From a virus (taxonomy: Duplodnaviria; Caudoviricetes), in IMG/VR virus record IMGVR_UViG_3300010043_000010, positions 1 to 30,195 of that record: a stretch of 30,195 nt of DNA; one strand, written 5' to 3'. This document shows, piece after piece, positions 24,554 through 30,195 of this stretch (position 1 is the first letter of the stretch; each line of letters begins with the position of its first letter). Position numbers and translations under genes: made by a program. The notes beneath the pieces were generated by a model that was not told where the DNA came from, ran no database searches, and saw nothing but the letters and a program-made list of their open reading frames with translations.

Positions 24554-24853
24554 ATGCCGCCAAACGGACCTGGCGCAAGCATGCCCCGCGCACTGCCGCC
24601 GTTTCAGATGCGGCCCGAGGTGCAGCTCGCCTACGACCGCTTCGCCCAGGCGCACCACGGGGAGATCGACGTGGGCCTGCTCTCAGAGACTATGTACAAC
24701 GCCGGCGCTCGCGCCATCACGCGCGAGCTGACCAGATTCGGCGACATCCTGCCGCTCGCGAACCGCATCGACGGCCGACTGCACCAGATCCTGGGGTTGC
24801 TCGAAGGCATGGTCGGGTACAGCGAGGAGGAGGAGCCGTGGCCACCGTTCTGA
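24554..24853 (+). CDS. Hypothetical protein
   Basis: 99-aa ORF in the early operon. Confidence 0.6.
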   Translation: MPPNGPGASMPRALPPFQMRPEVQLAYDRFAQAHHGEIDVGLLSETMYNAGARAITRELTRFGDILPLANRIDGRLHQILGLLEGMVGYSEEEEPWPPF

Positions 24854-24866
24854 GGATCGGCCAGTC

Positions 24867-25238
24867 ATGGACAACGTGAGCGTGCTCTTCCGCGCGCACG
24901 GTCTGCGCATCCCGCGGCGGACCAGGGGGATCCGACTGCGCGCGCCGATCCGGCCGATGACCGAGAAGCGCTGGCAGGCACAGGTCATTCGACTCGCCCG
25001 CTTCATGGGCTGGCATGTCCAGTACCTGACCGATGCACGCGGTTCGGGCTGGCTTGGTTGGCCGGACCTCTTCCTGGTTCGCCGCGGGCGGGCGATCGCC
25101 GCCGAATTGAAGCTCGACCACGAGGAGCCGCGACCGGAGCAGTGGGAATGTCTGGCCCAGCTCGCCGCCGTGCCGGGCATCACCGCCGTCTGCTGGCGGC
25201 CACGCGACCTCGACCAGGTCATCAAGGTGCTCGCGTGA
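24867..25238 (+). CDS. VRR-NUC domain nuclease
   Basis: TEKRWQAQV...GWPDL...AELK...Q.ECL PD-(D/E)xK motif. Confidence 0.85.
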   Translation: MDNVSVLFRAHGLRIPRRTRGIRLRAPIRPMTEKRWQAQVIRLARFMGWHVQYLTDARGSGWLGWPDLFLVRRGRAIAAELKLDHEEPRPEQWECLAQLAAVPGITAVCWRPRDLDQVIKVLA

Positions 25239-25393
25239 GCGACATCGACTGGGGCGAACGCATCACCACGAGCGCACGTGAGCTGACCGAACAGCTCGAG
25301 CTACTCAAGGGAACGCCGCTGACATGCGAGCAGCGGCGCGTGATTCGGCAGCTCTACGACGACCTGGTCAACCTGCTGCTGGTGCTCAAGTGA
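25235..25393 (+). CDS. Hypothetical protein (52 aa)
   Basis: GTGA coupling at both ends. Confidence 0.6.
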   Translation: MSDIDWGERITTSARELTEQLELLKGTPLTCEQRRVIRQLYDDLVNLLLVLK

Positions 25394-25509
25394 GCCAGCG
25401 GCCGGGCGTGCAGTGGACGTGGAGCGTGGCGGTCGCGGTCGTCTTCGGCGCGGCGTGCTGGGGACTACTGCTGCTCGGGCTTGTGTGGCTCCTGGGAGGT
25501 CGTTGGTGA
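25390..25509 (+). CDS. Small membrane protein (39 aa)
   Basis: GTGA coupling; one long hydrophobic segment. Confidence 0.6.
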   Translation: MSQRPGVQWTWSVAVAVVFGAACWGLLLLGLVWLLGGRW

Positions 25510-25919
25510 GGCTCGCGTTCGTGGTCGTGCTGTTGTGGCTGGCGTTCGCCACGAACCTCATCTGCACACGCGCGGCGCACGCGCAGGCACTCTACACATC
25601 CGACGAGGTCCTGGCGTGGATCGACTACTACGCCGCGCGCTACGCCTCCGAGAGCTACCCGTACGCGCGTCTGGTGCGTGATTCGGTCCGTATCGCGCGC
25701 TGCGAGTCCGGCAACTTCAGCATTGCCGTCATCAACAACGGGCGGCGCGGCGCGCTCGGCGAAGTCGGTGTCTTTCAGTTCAGACCGGGCCCGAGCTCGA
25801 TCTTCTGGCTCACGCCGACGGCCGCCGCCGGCTGGGACTACTGGGACCCCGAAGCGAACACTGCTGCCGCAGTCTGGCTGCTTTCTCAAGGCTACGCACG
25901 ACATTGGAGCTGTCGGTAG
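25506..25919 (+). CDS. Secreted lytic transglycosylase (SLT/Rpf-like, 137 aa)
   Basis: Signal peptide ending AHA; IARCESG, GVFQF, DPEAN, HWSC motifs. Confidence 0.8.
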   Translation: MRLAFVVVLLWLAFATNLICTRAAHAQALYTSDEVLAWIDYYAARYASESYPYARLVRDSVRIARCESGNFSIAVINNGRRGALGEVGVFQFRPGPSSIFWLTPTAAAGWDYWDPEANTAAAVWLLSQGYARHWSCR

Positions 25920-26750
25920 GTGCTGGTGTTGTCGCTGTTTCCTGGCATTGGCCTGCTCGATCGCGCCTTTGAAGAAGAAGGCTTCTGCGTCGTGCGCGGG
26001 CCCGATGTGCTCTGGGGCGGCGATGTTCGACGATTCCATCCGCCCGCCGGGGTCTTCGACGGCGTGATCGGTGGGCCGCCGTGCCAGGCCTTCAGCCGTC
26101 TGGCGATCATGGTCCGCCACAACGGCTACGAGCCGAAGTTCGGCAACCTGATCCCCGAGTTCGAGCGCTGCGTCGCCGAGGCTGCACCACGGTGGCTCCT
26201 GATGGAAAACGTGCCGGCCGCGCCCGAGCCGGTCGTTGCTGGCTATCAGGTGCGGCACCAGGTGGTGAACAACCGCTGGTTTGTCGATGACGGTGTGCTC
26301 GGTGCCGAGCAGCACCGCACACGGCGCATCTCGTTCGGCACATCCGACGGGCGCGCGCTGGTCTGGGACGTGGCGCTTTTTGAGCATTCCGCCACAGCGA
26401 CCGGGGTCACCAGTAGCGACGGCGGCGGAGTGATGCGCGGGCGAAGTGCACGTCATGCCGTCCTGGCGTCCACTTCGCCTGTCCCGATCAAACTCGTTCG
26501 GGACGGTAATGGCGGATTCAGAGCCAAGCCATTGGTGGCCGGCACTCACAGTGCCGGCCACGGCGGCGAGACCAGCAAGCAGTACGTGTACTCGCTCGAG
26601 GACGCCTGCGAGTTGCAGGGGTTACCACGCGATTTCACCGAGCACATGCCATTCCGCAAAGACGCCAAGCTCAAGGCGGTTGCCAATGGCGTGCCCTTGC
26701 CGCTCGGGCGCGCCATCGCGCGCGCTCTCAAACGCAGCATGGAGGCCTGA
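25920..26750 (+). CDS. C5 cytosine DNA methyltransferase (orphan)
   Basis: Motifs I (LFPGIG), IV (GPPCQ), VI (ENV), VIII (QHRTR), IX (LQGLP) and X (ANGVP). Confidence 0.92.
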   Translation: MLVLSLFPGIGLLDRAFEEEGFCVVRGPDVLWGGDVRRFHPPAGVFDGVIGGPPCQAFSRLAIMVRHNGYEPKFGNLIPEFERCVAEAAPRWLLMENVPAAPEPVVAGYQVRHQVVNNRWFVDDGVLGAEQHRTRRISFGTSDGRALVWDVALFEHSATATGVTSSDGGGVMRGRSARHAVLASTSPVPIKLVRDGNGGFRAKPLVAGTHSAGHGGETSKQYVYSLEDACELQGLPRDFTEHMPFRKDAKLKAVANGVPLPLGRAIARALKRSMEA

Positions 26751-27142
26751 TGGGTCTGTTTTCTCGATCCAAAGAGCCGCCGCTCGAGGAGGAGATCTCG
26801 AGCGTGCTGGACGTGCGCGAGGCCGCGCCGCGGCCCCAGCCCGAGCCGGTGCCGCCTGCCGTGCTCGAGCCGCCGCGGCGCCCGCGCCACGACGTGCCCA
26901 TCTTCGTGCCGTGGACCGGCCAGCCCCCACATCAGGCGGGCTTGTACTGGTGGCGCGGGCCCATGAGCCAGGGCCGGCCGCTGCTCGCGGTCGTGCTCGA
27001 GTTCGGCGGGCGCCTGTCGGTCCGCGCGCGCCGCGGCGACGCCTGCCTGTGGACGGGCGTCTCGGTGCTCCAGCGCCAGTGGGCGGGCCCTTTGCCGCTC
27101 GCCGAGGACATGCTGCTCGAAGACCTGGAGGTCGCGCCGTGA
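26750..27142 (+). CDS. Hypothetical protein
   Basis: TGATG coupling and ggagg RBS; 'PPHQAGLYWWR' motif. Confidence 0.65.
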   Translation: MGLFSRSKEPPLEEEISSVLDVREAAPRPQPEPVPPAVLEPPRRPRHDVPIFVPWTGQPPHQAGLYWWRGPMSQGRPLLAVVLEFGGRLSVRARRGDACLWTGVSVLQRQWAGPLPLAEDMLLEDLEVAP

Positions 27143-27360
27143 CGGTGCTCTGCGACGGCTGCCATTACCTGATCGACCAGTGCGCGTGCGACGAGCGTGA
27201 GGCCGAACGCCAGGAGTTGTACGGGCCGATCTGCCCGGCCTGTGGTGGCGCCGATGACGACGGCTACGAGCAGTGCGAGTTCGCCGGCTCCGACGTGTAC
27301 GAGCCAGGGCCCGGCTCCGAAGACAGCCACGGTTGCCCGCGCCTGACGGGCACATTCTGA
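27139..27360 (+). CDS. Cys-rich acidic small protein (73 aa)
   Basis: GTGA coupling and ggagg RBS; CDGC, CAC, CPAC. Confidence 0.6.
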   Translation: MTVLCDGCHYLIDQCACDEREAERQELYGPICPACGGADDDGYEQCEFAGSDVYEPGPGSEDSHGCPRLTGTF

Positions 27361-27379
27361 CCCAACGGGAGGCGCGCGT

Positions 27380-28180
27380 ATGACCCAAGCCTTGATTCCG
27401 GCCCCGGCCGTCGAGATGGCCGCCTACCAGGCGCTCATCGAGAAGGGCGATATCAGCAAACTCACGCCGCAAGAGCGCGTGAAGTACTACGGCGCGGTCT
27501 GCGCGTCGCTCGGGCTGAATCCACTCACGCAGCCGTTCGAGTACCTCGAACTGAGCGGCAAGACCGTGCTGTACGCCACGCGCAAGGCGGGCGACCAACT
27601 CCGAAAAGTCAACGGTGTTTCGATCACAAGTATCGAGAAGGTCGTTCAGGGCGATATCTACCTGGTGACGGCCAACGCCGTCGACAAGACCGGTCGCACC
27701 GACTCATCGACCGGCGCGGTCTACATCAAGGGACTGGGCGGCCAGGAACTCGCCAATGCGCTGATGAAAGCCGAAACGAAGGCCAAACGCCGGGTGACCT
27801 TGTCGCTGTGCGGGCTCGGCTTCCTGGACGAAAGCGAGATCGAGACGATCGCGGGTGCCAAGCGCATTGAAATTGACCTCGATACGGGCGAGGTGCTTGA
27901 GCCCGAGCCCGAGCCCGAGTTCGTGCCCGTACGCGAACGCGAGGTCAATGATCGCGAGAACGCGAAGCCCAGTCGCCAGGAACGCTTGCTGCGCGAGTAC
28001 CGCACGCTGCTCGCCGAGGCGCGCTCGGCCCAGGTCGTCACCTCCAACTCGTGGGTGCTGCGCAGCGATGCCTCTGAAGCCGAGATCATCAGCCGCGGCC
28101 GCGACCTGCGCGCGCTGGTCAACAAGCACACCATGAGCCGCGCCAAGAGTGAACGCGATGAGCCCGAGCGAGACGACTGA
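27380..28180 (+). CDS. RecT/Red-beta-like ssDNA-annealing recombinase
   Basis: C..LGLNPL and NALMKAETKAKRRVTLSLCGLG motifs; gggagg RBS. Confidence 0.75.
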   Translation: MTQALIPAPAVEMAAYQALIEKGDISKLTPQERVKYYGAVCASLGLNPLTQPFEYLELSGKTVLYATRKAGDQLRKVNGVSITSIEKVVQGDIYLVTANAVDKTGRTDSSTGAVYIKGLGGQELANALMKAETKAKRRVTLSLCGLGFLDESEIETIAGAKRIEIDLDTGEVLEPEPEPEFVPVREREVNDRENAKPSRQERLLREYRTLLAEARSAQVVTSNSWVLRSDASEAEIISRGRDLRALVNKHTMSRAKSERDEPERDD

Positions 28181-28328
28181 GCATCGCGCGGTGCCAGGCC
28201 CGCGCGCGGGCGTGCTCATCTGCGAGCTCTGCGGCGTGCGCTGGCCGTGTCTGGGCGCGCATCTGCAGGCGCTCGAGGACTTGCCGCCATCCGCGGGGCG
28301 CGCGCGGGTGCGACTCGGGCTGGTCTGA
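28158..28328 (+). CDS. Small Zn-finger-like protein (56 aa, H...CELCGVRWPC)
   Basis: Not in the ORF track; stop overlaps the next ATG. Confidence 0.55.
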   Translation: MSPSETTEHRAVPGPRAGVLICELCGVRWPCLGAHLQALEDLPPSAGRARVRLGLV

Positions 28329-28600
28329 TGGTGGCCGCGGTGGACGTCCGGAGCCAGGCCAATCTCGAGAAAGGAGCCCTGCCTCTGCACCACACGAGAG
28401 CAGCGCACCAGGGCCGGGCTCCGGACGTCCGCCGCAGTCCCCGACCATCAGACTTGTTGTGCCCGGTGCATGGGCGCGAGCGCTTCCGTTGCGGCCGCGG
28501 GTGCGAGTCTCGACGCGAAGAGTTCGACTACTGGGGCGAGGCGCTCGAGGACTACCTGAACGCGCGTTATCCCAAGGTGATGCAGGAAGAGCTGTTGTGA
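28328..28600 (+). CDS. Hypothetical protein (90 aa, CPVH...CGRGC)
   Basis: TGATG and GTGA coupling. Confidence 0.55.
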   Translation: MVAAVDVRSQANLEKGALPLHHTRAAHQGRAPDVRRSPRPSDLLCPVHGRERFRCGRGCESRREEFDYWGEALEDYLNARYPKVMQEELL

Positions 28601-28806
28601 ACGAGCAAGCCCCGCGCGTGCTGCTGGTGGTGCTCGAGCGGGATATCGAGCCGGCGCAAGCGCGCGGAAACATGCGCGCGTTTCGCACCTATCCGGGCGT
28701 CGAGGATGTCCTGCCCGCCCAGCCCGGCGACGGTGACGAGGTCGCCGCGATCATGGATCTGATCGCGCATTGCGACTCATATTGGAAGGTTCGACCGATC
28801 CGTTGA
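28597..28806 (+). CDS. Hypothetical protein (69 aa)
   Basis: GTGA and TGATG coupling. Confidence 0.6.
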   Translation: MNEQAPRVLLVVLERDIEPAQARGNMRAFRTYPGVEDVLPAQPGDGDEVAAIMDLIAHCDSYWKVRPIR

Positions 28807-29438
28807 TGGCGTGGATCGAGTCGCACCAGGCACTCGGCCAGCATCCCAAAACGCTGCGGCTGGCGGCCGAGTTGGGGTGCTCGGTGCCGACCGCGGTGGG
28901 CTACTTGATGTTCCTGTGGTGGTGGAGCGTGGACTACGCGCCTGACGGCTTGCTGCGTCCAGGCAGCGAGGGGATCGTGGCGCGCGCGTGCCACTATGGT
29001 GGCAAGCCCGAGCGGTTCTGGTCGGCGTTGGTCCGTGCGGGCTTTGTGGACGAGCTGCCGGACGGCGGGCATATCCATGACTGGCGGCAGTACACCGGCC
29101 GCCTGATCGAATGGCGGCGGGCTGACGCCGCCCGCAAGCGTGCCTGGCGCCTGGCGGGGTCAAACCGCTCGAGTCAACTGTCCGGTGGACATCCAGAAGA
29201 CGGCGCAACGACGGCGTCGTTACCGTACCAACCGTACCAACCGTACCAACCGGACCTTAACCGGACCAACACATCCCCCCCTACCCCCCCTTCGGACCCG
29301 CCGAAGGGGGGAGACGGGTCAACCAATGGGATCGGGCATCCGACGTCGGCACGGATCTGTCCGGGCTGCGGGCGGGTGATCCCGAAGGGGTTCCCGACCG
29401 ACCAGCCGTACTGCCATGAGCCGGGGGCGCAGGCGTGA
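28806..29438 (+). CDS. Phage replication initiator (replisome organiser-like)
   Basis: MAWIESH...HPKT...LWWW...IHDWRQY N-domain followed by an internal repeat tract. Confidence 0.75.
   Translation: MAWIESHQALGQHPKTLRLAAELGCSVPTAVGYLMFLWWWSVDYAPDGLLRPGSEGIVARACHYGGKPERFWSALVRAGFVDELPDGGHIHDWRQYTGRLIEWRRADAARKRAWRLAGSNRSSQLSGGHPEDGATTASLPYQPYQPYQPDLNRTNTSPPTPPSDPPKGGDGSTNGIGHPTSARICPGCGRVIPKGFPTDQPYCHEPGAQA
29222..29311. repeat. Candidate replication origin: five ACCG(T/G)ACC iterons and an 11-bp hairpin
   Basis: accgtacca x3, accggacct, accggacca; then CCCCCCTTCGG-acccg-CCGAAGGGGGG at 29285-29311, all inside the initiator gene. Confidence 0.6.
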
Positions 29439-29442
29439 CCCC

Positions 29443-29817
29443 ATGAAGGCTCCCGACCCCATGCGTTGCAAGGCGAATAACCGAAACGGAGTTCGGTGCT
29501 ATGGCTGGTCGATGCACGGCCAGAGCGTCTGTCGCATGCACGGCGGCAGCTCGCCTCAGGCTCTGAAGAAGGCTGAGGATCGGCTGCGCGCGCTTGAGCA
29601 TCCGGCCATTAGTGCCATGGAGCAGCTCATCGAGCGCGGCGAAAGCGAGGCGATCCGCTTCGCGGTGGCGCGCTGGGTGCTCGAGGTGCTCGGTCATAAG
29701 GCAACCGTTCAGGTCTCAACCGAGCAGGAAGTGGTGATCACGATCCGCCACGAAGAGCAGCCCATCATCGTTGAGCAGGTCTATCACGGTGCCATCGACG
29801 GTCGAAGCCACGATTAG
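29443..29817 (+). CDS. Putative terminase small subunit (HGGxSTG-domain protein)
   Basis: RCKANNRNGVRC...CRMHGGSS; directly upstream of and overlapping terL. Confidence 0.7.
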   Translation: MKAPDPMRCKANNRNGVRCYGWSMHGQSVCRMHGGSSPQALKKAEDRLRALEHPAISAMEQLIERGESEAIRFAVARWVLEVLGHKATVQVSTEQEVVITIRHEEQPIIVEQVYHGAIDGRSHD

Positions 29818-30195
29818 GCTCGCGCGGCTGCACCCAGCGCAGGCGCAGATCAAGGCTGAGCGACGGCGCTTCAACGTGGCCGCCCTCGGCCGGCGCGCCG
29901 GGAAGAGCAAACTCGCCCAGGAGTTGCTCGTCGAGTGTGCTCTCGACCGACGGCCGGCAGCCTATTTTGCCCCCACCTACAAACTTCTGGAGGAGTGCTG
30001 GCGTGAGCTGAAGGCCATCCTGGCCGAGGTCATCACCGACAAGAGCGAGCAGGAGCATCGGCTGCAGGTCTACGGCGGCGGCGTGATCGAATGCTGGTCG
30101 ACCGACACCGGCGATCCCGCCCGCGGTCGACGCTACGCGACCGTGGTGATCGACGAGGCGGCGATGATCCCGCGGCTGGCCGACGTGTGGGGCCA
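29789..30195 (+). CDS. terL: Terminase large subunit (3'-truncated)
   Basis: LHPAQ, Walker A GRRAGKS, YFAPTY, RG...VVIDEAA (Walker B); runs off the window end. Confidence 0.92.
   Translation, partial: MPSTVEATIRLARLHPAQAQIKAERRRFNVAALGRRAGKSKLAQELLVECALDRRPAAYFAPTYKLLEECWRELKAILAEVITDKSEQEHRLQVYGGGVIECWSTDTGDPARGRRYATVVIDEAAMIPRLADVWG

Larger units (their letters stand above)
1..30195. mobile_element. Temperate tailed phage genome (partial; podovirus-like virion module, serine integrase)
   Basis: Capsid, scaffold, tail, lysis, integrase, repressor, replication and terminase genes, mostly with overlapping start/stop codons. No host housekeeping genes and no tape-measure or siphoviral tail-tube gene recognised. 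Confidence 0.95.

Noticed and set aside
24867-26750. Restriction-modification system (nuclease plus methyltransferase)
   Set aside because: The nuclease is a VRR-NUC type common in phage recombination modules and is not adjacent to the methyltransferase, which is best read as an orphan.

Overview
The window is most of a high-GC temperate phage genome with podovirus-like (P22/T7-style) virion genes. The host is probably Chloroflexota or Actinomycetota-like, inferred from composition only. Left to right: a 5'-truncated giant ejection/polyvalent protein with transglycosylase-like and ADP-ribosyltransferase-like domains, two further ejection proteins, scaffold, major capsid, small head-associated genes, tail genes, endolysin and holin. 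A leftward accessory operon follows, then an apparently intact attP with a large serine integrase, an immunity region (HTH-PAS protein, XRE repressor, RHH protein), early/replication genes (VRR-NUC, Rpf-like transglycosylase, C5 methyltransferase, RecT-like annealase, replication initiator with iterons), terS and a 3'-truncated terL. The portal gene lies outside the window. The most notable signal is at 19572-20558: four directly repeated 32-bp 13-6-13 dif/loxP-like sites (consensus TTGTCAGACCTAA-N6-TTAGGTCTATCAA) sit at gene junctions and delimit three single-gene cassettes. This looks like an integron-like, tyrosine-recombinase-driven cassette array, although no tyrosine recombinase is encoded in the window. 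Second is a likely programmed -1 frameshift (C CCT TTC) that fuses a 60-aa ORF to the amidase endolysin. All product calls come from motif recognition by eye; no searches were run.
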